Positions 14,171-28,135 of a stretch of DNA of 64,000 nucleotides are shown here, piece by piece. The DNA lies in assembly GCF_006345805.1 (NCBI RefSeq), contig NC_043000.1, positions 44,020,001 through 44,084,000 on the forward strand. Reading direction: 5' to 3'. The notes under the pieces were generated by a model that saw only the letters and a list, made by a program, of their open reading frames with translations, did no database searches and was not told the DNA's origin. Positions within the stretch are counted from its first letter, which is position 1, and each line of letters opens with the position of its first letter. This DNA comes from Octopus sinensis (taxonomy: Eukaryota). Position numbers and translations under genes: made by a program.

Positions 14171-14533
14171 TAATAATAAGAGTAAATAATTTATAAAGGC
14201 TTTTAAAAAAACACCAATTATTTACTGGTAGAATTCGGTATGTAAATATAGCCGATTACCGGCAGGAACTTCTGTAAAGTTCAGTATATATATTGTATAT
14301 AAGAAAAAGGGACAGGCAACAGGTTGCTTGACCGCATACCGAAGAAATAGAAATAGCAGTCAAGAATGCTTATTTCTATCAAAGTTGGACTCCGGGCACG
14401 ACAAACCCTGTAATTCACATATGCAAAACAGCCGGTTCCTGCCGGTAATCGGCTATATTTACATACAGAATTCTACCAGTAAATAATTGGGGTTTTTTTT
14501 AAAAGCCTTTATAAATTATTTACTCTTATTATT
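14171..14533. mobile_element. Foldback/MITE-like element with ~99-bp terminal inverted repeats, TA flanks
   Basis: 14171-14269 (taataataagagtaaataatttataaaggc...ccggcaggaac) is the near-perfect reverse complement of 14435-14533. Confidence 0.85.
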
Positions 14534-14913
14534 ATATTACTATTTGGATTTTTCACTCCCTTATGACAACCCAATAGTTCCTAATCATATGGAACTATTT
14601 TTGTAGTGCGCATGGCAAAATTTTGGGGGGACGATTTACGAATTCAAACGTCTATGTAGGTTTAACTTTTGCTCACTTTCTTCAAATATTTTGATGTCGC
14701 ATGGTCAGAAGGTTTGAGGTACGTAGCATTTGATAAATCTATGATAAATCTTTTTCAATGGAAAGCTGTGCTGAAGAAGGATGTGAAATATATATGCAAT
14801 GTATATGAAATATATATCAAAAATATATATGAAATATATATTCAATATGTTTATAATCCAGAAACATGATGTTCACAGATAACCACCAGACTTCGTTTTC
14901 GTTATCTATTCCT

Positions 14914-15252
<339 letters not shown>

Positions 15253-15594
15253 CATACATACATATGATGGATTCAAGTCACAATTAATATTTTCAACCAC
15301 GACGCACCTAGAAACAGCTGTTGGACTCGTATAACTATTATTCAACCCTTTTAACTCTTGATATAGTTTGTATTCTGTGTAAGTTGGACTTTTTATATGC
15401 ACACACATATATATATATCTTTTCTATTAAATGAATTTAATATCCTTTTGCCTACGTTGCTTGTTCTTGCATTTTCTAATATACTAGTCTACATATATAT
15501 GAGTTTGTGTTGCAAGATTCCAAACGTGAGACCATTTGTTGGAACAGATATTGTTGTATTCCGCGAAGATCAGTTTATTTTTATTTTGTTTTGA

Positions 15595-15885
15595 GAAATA
15601 AACGCACGCACTACATATTCGTTCTTCACTCGTTTACTACTCTACTTATCCTAACTCATGTCCATTGTCCGGAAATCTTTCGTCACACATCTGTGAGCTC
15701 CTCAGCGACACTTTCCGTCCTGGACTGAGAATGGACTAAGCAGAGTAAGAGCACACATGAGGACAGAAAGTGTCACTGACGAGGTCACAGATGTGTGACG
15801 AAAAATTTCCAGACAATTGACATGAGTTAGAATAGGAACAGTAATAAACAAGTGTAGAACGATTATATAGTCCGTGTGTATGTTT
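15595..15885. repeat. Imperfect palindrome, ~125-bp arms, ~40-nt spacer
   Basis: The left arm ...cctaactcatgtccattgtccggaaatctttcgtcacacatctgtgag...gacactttccgtcc pairs with ggacagaaagtgtcactgacgaggtcacagatgtgtgacgaaaaatttccagacaattgacatgagttag. Confidence 0.85.
15770..15815 (+). ncRNA. Minimal type I hammerhead-ribozyme-like motif
   Basis: CTGACGA(15776-82)-G-GTCAC-agatgt-GTGAC-GAAA(15800-03)-AATTT-C(15809). Stem I TGTC/GACA is imperfect. A mirror copy (CTGAGGA...GTGACGAAAGATTTC) lies on the minus strand of the left arm. Confidence 0.6.
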
Positions 15886-15921
15886 AGAACATATGACCAT
15901 CACGAAATACAACAATATATA

Positions 15922-16614
<693 letters not shown>

Positions 16615-16789
16615 CATGCATACATACGTACGTACATACATACGTACATACACAAATACATACATACATACATACATACATAAACACATACGTACATAGG
16701 CACATATATAAAGTTCAAAATACTCTCATGCAATGAAGAATTTGAGAGAGCATGAACTGTTATGATCAACTCATTATCATAGCATGTTC

Positions 16790-18339
16790 AGTCTTCTGCG
16801 TTTCTTAGAACATTACTGTTCCTGTCAGAGCCGAGGAGTTAAGGAGAGGAACAAACTCACGTAAATATAATTCACCCCGAAAACTACCTATTTTGTCATA
16901 TTTCCAGAAGATATGATATGATATCAAATAAATCGAATCCATTGGAAAAATTTATGACTTCCATAATGTGATAATATTTAGGATTTCAATTTCAGAATGC
17001 ATTAATTGTAAATGAACAGTTCTTATTGATATTTCATTTATACACATCATCATGCACTTCCATCGGATATCTTTTGCCCATTGCATTAAATATAATATAT
17101 GGCTTCTTTGAAGGTAATAGATAATTCGTGCTGTTAAGCACTCCCAATAAGCCGGAACAGCAATGCAGTTGATCTTTGCAAGGATTTATCTAACGTAGAT
17201 TTTCCTTTTCCTTAGATCCCATTGAGCATAAATTTATCATTCTCGGTATCAATATTCCAGATGCAGAATCAACATGAATTATATCAATGTTTCGTGAAGA
17301 AAATTGTTTCTTGAACATCTTGAAAGATCTCTTCTTTTCAACGTGTTTGTAATTTATTGATATAGAATTGGCAAGACTATATTTCTTCTACAATAACATT
17401 TGAATCCTCAAGTTTATCTAATGCCCAGAATAATTTGCCAAAGGCAAGAGAATAGGAATGTTTCGTCCTAAATTGCCATCCAACTGTTTAGTACAAATAC
17501 ACTCGAATGATTTCTGCATACTATTTCGTTCAGCTTCATTACATATGCGATTCTAAAGTTGTGAATAATTATTTAAATTTTCAATGAAATAGGTTGCTTG
17601 AAGCGCATAACTTGGAAGAGCTTTCACACGAAATTTGTTAAACAGAGCATACAGAAATTTGTCAATAATATAATGCCGCTATCTATTCATTCAATATATA
17701 TTTGTGTCAAAAATGTGTTTTCTTTGGGGATCTATTCTATTATAAAGTTTTCCAAATGAAAGAAGAAGGCGCAATCTAGTAAAACGCCATCGACCATTAA
17801 ATTCATGGATAGGGAAACATATCGTTTTCGAAACTCAGAGAATGAGTATGGGTTATCAATAGATAACATAATTAATTGATATAATTTCGCACATATTTGT
17901 TAAATAAACATTTTTTAATTTTATTAAATGTATCGTATCAGAACCTTCTTTATAACTGAAAACAAAATATATCTTTACAATCATTCTCACGACATTGCAA
18001 CCCCTGTTTTAGGATACTGATTGGTCTTGGTTCTTCTGGCAGCAGTGTACATACATACACACATGTATAAAGCGCAAACTAATACAAACCCACAGACATA
18101 TAAATATATATGCAGATGTATATATAATCCAAACAAGGAGACAAACAATAAATTGAACACATTTTCATATCTCTTTAATGCCATTGCAATACTTTTGCGA
18201 GAAAAGTTATGGAATATTTGTCATTGATTATATTCCAATTCGACTAGCACCTGGATAAAGACGTGCGTTTCTATAAACACACACACATACATGCATACAT
18301 ACATACATACATACACACAACACACACACACACACACAC

Positions 18340-18397
<58 letters not shown>

Positions 18398-18830
18398 CAT
18401 ACACACGCATACAGACGCATAAAACATGCTCACACACTCACATATATCAAGCAAGATCATGAAATGAACTTATGTTAAATATGCAAAATATTTGAAATTT
18501 AATCAGCTAGAAGAGCAATGGATTAGTCAATCAGGTATAAGTTTCTCAAAACATTTCCTCGCTATTCTTGACTTCAAATATCACATGCCTTCTCTGCAGT
18601 AGGTGAACTCCAGGTTTGTCAAGTGACAAGCAGACAGACCAGAACCGGTGTTAATAAAAATGCATCTGTCCTGAATGCAGTTCAGTATCAGATATGGATA
18701 CTTAACTTCAGCCTTGTTGATGTGGAACATTCCTGCGAATGTACGTTTGCCAAGGGGATGCTCAGTGATATTGCGGATCAACGTTTGATGTGACTGTGTG
18801 GAGTCTAGTTGAAGGGAACTCATATTTAAT
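16790..18830 (-). mobile_element. Possible highly decayed Helitron/Helentron Rep-helicase remnant (interrupted by microsatellite ~18000-18470)
   Basis: Manual translation with stops/frameshifts, in the expected order: FWS..LDKPGVHLLQRRHVIF (~18560-18660, cf. Helitron P.V.RL.VHL..Q.V.F); FMLNGI*GKGKST (Walker A, ~17195-17233); ALLFRLIGSA (cf. APTGxAA); CINEISI (cf. IIDEISM); FRGELYL (cf. GDLYQL). Confidence 0.35.
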
Positions 18831-18879
18831 GGTTGTTATATATATATATATATATATACATGAAATGTGGTATTTAAAA

Positions 18880-19955
18880 TGTAACAATAAAATGTTTCAG
18901 AAGTGTTACATAACTGTTTTGTTTAATCAAATTATGATCCATGTTCATTTATGACGTTTATCCAACTTTTCTCTACGTCATATATTCATCTTTTGCTGTG
19001 ATAAACTGGTCGAATGCTTCAGTAACCTCTTCTCTAATTAAGAATGTTTTATTGCTTATGAAAATCTCAAAATGCTTAAATAGGTGACGGTCAGTAGGAT
19101 AGATATCAGGGGAATATGGAGGATGTTACAAAATCTCGTAATTCAGGATTTGCAACGTTCGGACCGTAGCTTCATGAGTGTGAGAATGTGCACTGTTGTG
19201 GGCCAAAGTGCGCCATATCTATTCATTAGTCTGGGTTGCTTCTTTTTCAAATTCTCATTCATAAAATAAATTTCCTGGCAATACGATGTTGATATTACCG
19301 TTTGTCCTTGTTGAAAAAAATCAATAATGAATAACTCATTTCGCAGACAACCATAAAGTGACCACTAACTTTCTAGGGTGCAATGGTGGGTAACTCTCCT
19401 GTATCTAATCGCTATCCTGTTTTCCTGCTGTTAAGCAGTAGCCATTTCTCATCACAAGTAATGATTTGGTGCAAAAATGATATTTTTCAGTAGAGAAAGC
19501 AATAACGAATACACTTCGAGGCGTCTGTTTAATTTTAATCTAGTTCAATTGATGTGGAATAAACCTATCCGCTTTCTGGACTTTTCAAATTTTTTGCAGG
19601 TGTCCCCAAAAAAAGTGTGTGACATTTTTGGAGTTCTGACGAAAGTTTTCGAACCACTGTTCTCGGATTTTGCTCAACCCAACCATTTCATCCATCATGC
19701 TAAATAACTGATTTTGACCTACCGCTTGGTTTATTTGCAAGGCTGTCATTTCCTGAACAACAGCTTTGGAACCATCTCTGAACAGTTATGATGTCAACTA
19801 AGCCATTACCAAAGGCCCTCTTGATATTCCGTAGAGCTTCTGCAGCGGTGTGGCCCAGTCTTTGCTCATACGAGAAAATCATTCAACATAGTTTGATTGT
19901 TATCATTTTCATAATGTCTGTGGGGTACGAATTTTGCATACCAATATTGTTGGGA
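18880..19955 (-). mobile_element. Decayed mariner (D34D-type) transposase element, near full length
   Basis: Minus-strand translation gives YEQRLGHTAAEALRNIKRAFG...TVQRWF (mariner HTH), VEQNPRT, FIPHQL, FLHQIITCDEKWLL and HPPYSPDIYPTDRHLFKH, with many stops/frameshifts. TIRs not clearly recognisable. Confidence 0.9.
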
Positions 19956-20605
19956 AAGAAAAAGATTCAAGATTATATGCAAGGTATACGTAATTCAGTG
20001 TTAAAATGACTGAATAACAAGTAATTAAAAATGCGACTTTTCATGTGAAAGAACGTAATATATACATTTATATACATATATGTATAACTATATGAATATA
20101 TACATACACATGTGTGTATTTGCCTGTGTGAGAATATATGCATATTTATGCACACATACACACATATACACTTGCACAAATGCGCGCGCACACAGACATA
20201 TACAGAAACTCACATGCACTTTTATAAGCAGAAGATAAAGAAAACAGACTAATGTATATCTTTAGAATATATGGGAAATATTTTAGAAATACGGATGAAA
20301 TTTTTTAATATAAACGAATTAACGATTGGGAATAGAATTTAAAATGTTCCGAAATACACTCTTTTATGAGCTTCAGAAAATATATTTCCTCTATGCTGTC
20401 TACTAATATTCTTTGCATAATGATTCTTTATATTATTCCCTGTTAAATTCTAAAGGAAATTTGTATTTCAATACTTATACTTTTCGCTAGTTACATTAGA
20501 TTCATTGGTATAGAGAAATTGTTTTACGTGCATTAGCATTTCACAATATATTGAAGGATGCACCCTAATGTTCACTACAAAAAAACCCACAAAACAAAAA
20601 CTTAC

Positions 20606-20893
20606 GCTGATATCTCTTGATATCTTGAAGCTCACACCAAAGTTTTCCCGTCGTGTGTATCAACCTGTGTAACTGATTAAATGAATGTGCACAATTACGC
20701 TTTCAATTATCTTCACCCATCGAAACGGTCTCTGTTTCTGCACAAATTGATCAATAACTTAAACAATCATAATCGCCAGTAACTCAAACGTGTTGTGCAT
20801 CTCTGTTGATAGCTTTTTTTAAGTAACCCACAACCGTAATGCGCAATACTGTATAGACAGTCTCCGTCTCCTGCTATATCTCATTTAGTGCAT
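20606..20893 (-). pseudogene. OTU cysteine-protease-like fragment (possibly Helentron-borne), disrupted
   Basis: DIAGDGDCLYSIAH (cf. OTU GDGNCLFRA), later LLINLCRNRDRF and GKLWCELQDIKRYQRK (cf. G.WG..EL.A.S..Y.R). Stops occur in all frames. Confidence 0.35.
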
Positions 20894-22361
20894 CTGGAAA
20901 AACAATATAGAAGTCATTTCTAGTTACCTTATCATATCTAGTGTGTTTTCTTTTTCTGGGATTTTATCAGTCATTTTAAATAAATGGTTGTGTTCCTTAT
21001 TTTTGCTTCACTGAATCATCCCACTATTTTTGATATTCGGAATACAGAGAAAGAGAGAAGCACTTAGATATCCATAATGGCCACAAGGGAGAACTTCTTT
21101 GTGAAGACGAAGAAGTCAAGTGTAGCCCATTGATGGAGCCAAGAAAATTGTTGTCCTCATCATTACACATAACATATTTTATTTAACAATTTTCATGGGT
21201 TTTCATGAGGTGATTGCAGAATTTATGTCACCAAGAATTCTTATAGTTGAGGGAGGGAAAGGTGCAAGTAGGCTTGTCTGTCAGATTTAACATAAAAGAT
21301 ATTGGAGTGCACAGAATTGCACAAATAACTCAACTCAGTTGGACTGAGGAAGAAACTTTCGTCAACTTTGTTGATGTGATACTGGTCTTCCTCGCAAATC
21401 AGAACGCAGAAATCGAGGTTTTGAGTGCGTGATTCCTATCGATAGCCAGAAAAATGGCTTTAGGATGAAGTTCCTGAATTTGATATTCGGTAAGTCCATG
21501 AAATTCATATCTCTCGCATTCGTCTTCATAAATTCAAGAAGATTCCTAGCAGTGTATTTATAGTATAAATTGAATGTTTACTTTAAGATGTACTCAACTT
21601 TCCATGCTTCTTTCAAGGACTCGCTGACAAAATAACGATTATAGAATATATTTAGACAGCTGATCTCAGAAACAGATTTATAATGCACAAATAAATATTC
21701 ATAACGCACTCCTAAAACATTATTCTTTACTATTGCTGTTCCTTAACCTTAGTATATGCTGCTTTTTAAAATTTTGTGTGAATGCAAATATGTAAATTTA
21801 GCCGCCGTTCCATAAGAATACATGAAGGTCAAAGTGTCATTACCAAGGTTACATAAACTAATTTAGAAAGAAATGATAACCATTTTTCCAAAACAAGCAA
21901 TTAGCGATTAGCACTTACTAATCAGGAACTACATGTCTGTTACATAATGATATTTGTTGAAAAACAATCGGAATTGGATTTACAAACTGCCAGACACTTT
22001 TCCTAAAAGTGTTTATCGTGTTTTTGACAATTTTGTTAAGTTTACAACCTCTCCTTACACATATGGTCCACCGTTGGTGCCTGGATACTTCTATGCTGTC
22101 TGAGTATGCAGTTACTACAATTCCTATGTTGCTAATCTCCCGAAACTCTTTTCATGATAACTTTATTCTACATTTATTCAAAGAAAATAACCGCTGCATG
22201 AATCTCACTAGAGACTGTGGAACGTGTCTTCTCTCCTCGAAGTGAAATATAAAGATAGGTACGGAAACATTCCTAAGAGAACTACATTCGGGTATTCAGG
22301 GTAGGAACAATTATGATGTCATACATTAACTTAAAGTCGATTTCTTAAAAACCTTCATATT

Positions 22362-22532
22362 GTGAAGCCATGTGGTAAGAAGTTTCCTTCACAACCACTT
22401 AGTTCCGGGTTCAGTTCACCTGCGCGATACCTTGGGCAAGTGCTTTCTACTATATTATAACCTCTGATCAACCAAGCTCTTGTAAGTTGATTTAGCAGTC
22501 GAAACTTAAAATAGCCCGTCGATATATTGTGG

Positions 22533-22611
<79 letters not shown>

Positions 22612-22826
22612 ATATACATGTTTGTATGTGTGTGTTTTGTCTGCGGTCTTCCCCACCATCATTTGACAACAGGTGTTGGTGTATTTATGTCTCCATAACA
22701 TCGTGGTTGAGCGAGAGAGACCGATAGCATAAGTACCAAGTTCTGGGGTCGATTTATTCGAATACAAAAGTTATTCAAGGCGGTACCCTAGCATGGCCGC
22801 AGTCTAATGACTGAAACAGTAAAAGA
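22362..22826 (+). mobile_element. SINE family A, diverged, with expanded internal (TA)n
   Basis: gtggtaagaagttt..ttccgggttcagtt..ttgggcaagtg..cgatagcataagtacc..ggggtcgattt..catggccgcagtctaatgactgaaac. Confidence 0.85.
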
Positions 22827-22893
22827 TAATATGAGTTACACATTTTCTACACTCACTATTGTATGAAAACAAAAGAAAACATTAAGCTATATG

Positions 22894-23044
22894 TGCAGGC
22901 GTGGTAAGGTTATTTTCCAACCACACGGTTCGGGTTCAGTCCCACTGCGTGGCACTTTGGGCAAGTGTCTTCTACTATATCCTCTGGCCAACCAAAGCTT
23001 TGTAAGTGGACTTGATAGACGGAAACTAAAAGAAGCCAGTCTTG

Positions 23045-23121
<77 letters not shown>

Positions 23122-23312
23122 TATATATACATATATATGTGTGTGAAAATGTTTGTGTGTCTGTATTCGTACCCCCACCATGACTTGACAACCGATGTTG
23201 CTGTGTTTAAGTCCACGTAACTTAGCGTTTCGGAAAAAGAGACGGATAGAATAAGAATAGGTGCTCCAGCATGGCCGCAGTTATATTACTGAGAAAATAA
23301 AAGAATAAAAGA
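22894..23312 (+). mobile_element. SINE family A, diverged
   Basis: cgtggtaagg..ggttcgggttcagtcccactgcgtggcactttgggcaagtgtcttctactata..catggccgcag..aaagaataaaagaat tail. Confidence 0.85.
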
Positions 23313-24274
23313 ATTTTGTTATCATTATTATTTTGTTTTATACTCCATGCCATCTTCCATTAAACGGCACCTTCAGCATTTAGTGGTTTTAGATACAGAT
23401 TGAACTTTAAAATTGGGATGGTATTATAGAAGGAAAGTTTATTATAAATAACGTTAACAGTTTTAAATAATTAGTATCTTACTAACATCAACTCATTGAC
23501 CTACAAATAATGAAATACATAAACAATTATTGCTGTGAATGAAAATCATAAAGCAACGGTTACTGAATAGTTATAAATCTTTAAAATTCCATTGAAATAT
23601 TTTCTGAGATCGACAGCAAAATCCTTATTTTTCCATACTCTTGCAGTTACAACATATGCAAACAGAAAATGTGTAACGAATTCAATTTTTATATGAAATA
23701 TTATGGAATATTTGCTGTCATTCTTTGTAACTGACGTCTAAAAAATATTTTATGTCAGAAAACGAACTCAAAGAGTTGAGGTTAATATGATGTTTATAAT
23801 GAGTTTTAGTATGATAGAGGTATAGTCTTGTTTAAGATATTTTGTTGTGATATTCATTTAAGTAATCATTCTCCAGGTATTAATAATTAAATAGCGCGGG
23901 TCGCACCAATATATATTACACAATCTAAAATTAATTATAACAACGTTGCAATGGAATTCTTCACTGGCACAACACTATAAAGACATAATATTCTGTAAAG
24001 TAATATTAGTATTAAAGCGTCTACTCAAGATAATCACCGTAATTTCCTTTCGTGATCTACTGTTCATTGACCCGTCGATGCGAAGATCAAATGTATAGTA
24101 ATAAAGTTTGTTATGATAACAGTTTAGTAGCACCACAAGCGCTTAATCAAAATACTTTTTCAAATTTGTAAGTCTACCAAACCGTAATTTTGATACCATT
24201 ATGGTAAGTCGATTATAAATTTAAGTATGTGGATTAGACTTCTTAAAACAGTCACCTTATTATATTGATATCAA

Positions 24275-24440
24275 ATTTTGGCATAAGGTATTAATTTTGG
24301 AGAAAGGGGTACGATGATTACAACGACACCAGTGTTAAACTGATAATGATTTTATTAAGCAAAAAATGATGAATGACAAAATAGACGCCGGTAGAATTTG
24401 AAAACAAGACGTCAAGTCGGTAGAAATGTAGCTGAACATT
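24275..24440 (-). mobile_element. Old, degenerate SINE family B copy
   Basis: ttttggcataagg..ttttggagaaagggg..gattacaacgacaccagtg..atgaatgacaaaatagacgccggtagaatttgaa resembles 11798-11990. Confidence 0.55.
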
Positions 24441-26459
24441 AGAGAGGTTGTTGCCATTATTAGAGAGATTTTAAAGTTCATAGCAACTATTAACTTCCGT
24501 TGATACATTTATCGGAAATATTTACCAGCATTTCAAACAGTATTTTTCAACATAGATTAAAAAGAGCAGTTAGCATACAATTGCTTTCTACGGCCAAAAA
24601 CGCACACGTATTTTTGTTGACAACAACACAGAGGCAAATATATATTAAACATGTAAAGCATAAATAAAAACATCGTCTCATTATGCACTTCAAGGAATGA
24701 AAATATCACTAGAAATTCAGTAGTTTAATGTAAAGATTTTGAGGTCTTTTCCATTTTAAAGGTCAATGTAATGATATGGATAAATACGTTGAAGAAAGTA
24801 GAAAGCATAGAATAATAAGAACACGTGACCGTGGTTACTATGGGGTCACCGGATATTTCTGATCAAATGGAGTAGGTGATTCTTCCCTTTTCTCTTTGTC
24901 AGTAATATGAGAGTGAATTTTATTTTGTATAATTTCCTTTACTGCTTCAAAGTCATTCTATATATGTTTTTCTTCATCTTTTATTCCTAGTTCTTATACC
25001 TCGAGTGTTACAAAGAAATGAAAAATTGAAAAATGAATTGAGTGACAGTTTATATAGAGAATGAATTAGTAGTACACACTCTGGCAAAAATTCACCTTAA
25101 CTCTTTCGTGACCACAATGGAATTTTCATGCATCCATCCAGTTTAATTTTCTTTGATAACCATGTAATTGCGATTAACGATATAGTTATCAGTCCACAAT
25201 TCCATAATTAGTAGTATTTCAAAGTGACTGGAACGAAAAACAATTATTAATATTACTGAAAAGGTAAAAACTGAAATGTTCTTTTCGTAATGTTAGTAAT
25301 AATTATAAACATTAAAAAATGACAACCTCTTTGACTGAATATACACATTTAAAGACAGCATATATTCAACGAATGCAAACATCTTATTGATTTACTATTG
25401 TCAAGATGTTTTCCTTTATATTGGTGCACAAGTATAAAAGAAAATATTTAAACAAAGACACTTGTGCCGTGGTTTATCACGTATACTCTGTTATCTAAAC
25501 GAAAATATTCTGTATACTACGTGTCAGAAGTAACAAAACCTTACAAACCAAACTACGTATTCAGATACTATAGTATTGAAAATCAAATGTGATACATACA
25601 AACACACACACACGCACAAACATGTGTGTGGGTGTGTGGTGTAAGGGGGGGGGGCGTTGGGTGTATAGTTTGGCTAACGTGTCTGTGTTTCTGGTAAAAA
25701 GCAGCATTCAAAACACACACACAAACATCCACACATACACACTTATACACACACACACAGACAAACACTCTCACAGATATACATATACGAGATATTTCAT
25801 CACACCAGAAATACAATAAAACAATGATGATTATTAAACTTTGCTTGAAGAAGAAACACAGTTGTGTTATATCAAAGTTCTCCCCCAATAAAACGATGGA
25901 AATTTAAAGAGACACCCATGAACAAACACTATACTCAAAACATAGCAAATGATTTGTTACAATCAGTCACAAGTATTAATATTCGACTAGGCAGGATTAA
26001 CAGGAATTTACAAATACTGAAAAATAATGCAGATTAAAGATCATGATGGAGGCAAATGCCTAAATATATTCCTTGACACCAGACAAACAATCACTGTAAA
26101 ATGCACAAATTTTCACAGTCGAAAGAATCGCTACGTCCTGCTTGCCATATAAAAAAAAATAACGTTGTTTCCAACTTCTTTGGTCGCTTCGAGAAAGTTA
26201 GTAAATCTGGGACGATTACACTACATCAATATGTAGCATACAGCTCCAGTAACATCTTGTGTCATGAATGTTCATCAAAACTGATTAGATTTTATGCCCT
26301 CTTTCCTAAACTATAACGACCGCAAAAATCCTTGTTCAGCAACCTATATATGCATACAAGGTGTCCCTATAAAGATTCGGAAACCGCAATGACTGACATA
26401 ATTTGTTCATTTTTATTTATAACTGGTGAGCACATGATACAAGAAGCTATAAATAAACC

Positions 26460-26885
26460 TTTCTACTGTAGGCAGGGTGTCTGAAATTTTGGGGAAGGGA
26501 TTAAGTCGATTACACCGACCCCAGTGTGTAAATAGTACTTAGTAAATCGACCGCGAATGGATGACAGGCAAAATTGACCTCGGCGGGATTAGAACTCAGA
26601 ACGTAAAGACAGACGAAATACCTATTTCTTTACTATCCACACCGAAAGAATGAAAGGCAAAGTCGACCTCAGCGGAATTTTAACGCAGAACATAGAGACA
26701 GACGAAATACCTATTTCTTTACTACCCACAAGGAGCTAAACACAAAGCGGGCAAACAAGGACAGACAAACGGATCAGGTGGATTATATCGACCCCAGTGC
26801 GTAACTGGTACTTATTTAATCGACCACGAAAGGATGAAAGGCAAAGTCGACCTCGGCGGAATTTGTACTCAGAACGTAGCGGCAG
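26460..26885 (-). repeat. Tandem composite of three partial SINE-B core units
   Basis: aaggcaaagtcgacctc(g/a)gcggaattt..cagaac(g/a)ta recurs three times; gacagacgaaatacctatttctttacta(t/c)ccac recurs twice. The tRNA head is absent. Confidence 0.8.
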
Positions 26886-28077
26886 TATTTGAGCGATACT
26901 TGTCAATGTGTGTATTTGTGTGGGTATGAAAGGATAAATTACAATTAGAAATATTTTTGAAAGGTAATAGTTAATATTAGAGATTATATATAACAAATTG
27001 TTTATGATAATTCCTAGTCATTTCGAATTTTGAATTTGCATATTGGCTCTCTATGTTGCTTATCTTGTGAATCTGAAACGTCTATTCGAGTAGAATTATG
27101 CACTGTAGTGCTATCTTTTGTAGGGTGTCGATTTAATGAATATTTTATTTGTTTCGAGCATTTTTTCAACTGCATCTGTACTAGAATTTTCCGATGACCT
27201 ATAAACGCTATGAAAAGATAATTTGTTTTGTAGATCAATTAGAAACATATAGGGTTATAGGGGATCAGTGATTAATATTTATTCATTCGCCATAGTTTAA
27301 GAGAACTTATATATGGGTGTGAATATAATGTACAAATTCATACAATCATATAAATATACATATATTTTCCTGTATGCTTCTACATACTTAAAACTAAGGA
27401 TCAGATTCCCCTTTCATTGTAAACAATAAATTAAAATGCAGAAACGTTTCCAACTTTATTTTCAATTATAAGAAAACAATCGCTACAAGAAGAAAATGTC
27501 TCTGAAAAATGCAAACAAACCGTCCACAGTTCATCACAGCAATAATTTTACAGCACATCTTCCAATAATCAACTATAGCAAGTGTCTATTTTGATGAAGT
27601 CTTCAGAAAACAAACATGAGTAGACAGATTTTGTTTATATGAAACGGCTGCAGTTAGTTTTATGTGCCAACTGACCAATTTTTTTTTGGCAAAATAGACA
27701 AGATGGGATTATTGGATCTGTCACCAAGGAAATTAATTGGAATATGATACAATGTTTATTTGGAAACGGCAACATATCATGTGATAATTATGATGATGTA
27801 TGCACAACAATATTTTCACTCACAAACAAATGGAAGTTGAAAGACATATATAAACAGAAATATATTTGTACACTCATCCAAAGATAAACACACTTGTACA
27901 AACTTATGCACTAGTAAACACAAATACATTCAAACAAGCACACATGTATATAGCTACATATCTATATCTGTATTACGTATTATGTCGATCTTTCTATCTA
28001 TTCTTTCCCTATCTGTACATACAAACATTCACACATGGATGTATATATATAAATATTACAAATTAGTATTATATATA

Positions 28078-28135
<58 letters not shown>

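Noticed and set aside
21445-21495. ATGAAGTTCCTGAATTTGATATTCG|GTAAGT, resembling a signal-peptide first exon (MKFLNLIF)
   Set aside because: No good acceptor or promoter upstream and no matching downstream exon; overlaps putative TE debris.
26560-26890. Regularly recurring motifs resembling a CRISPR array
   Set aside because: Eukaryotic SINE-core repeats; repeat and spacer lengths are irregular and there are no cas genes.
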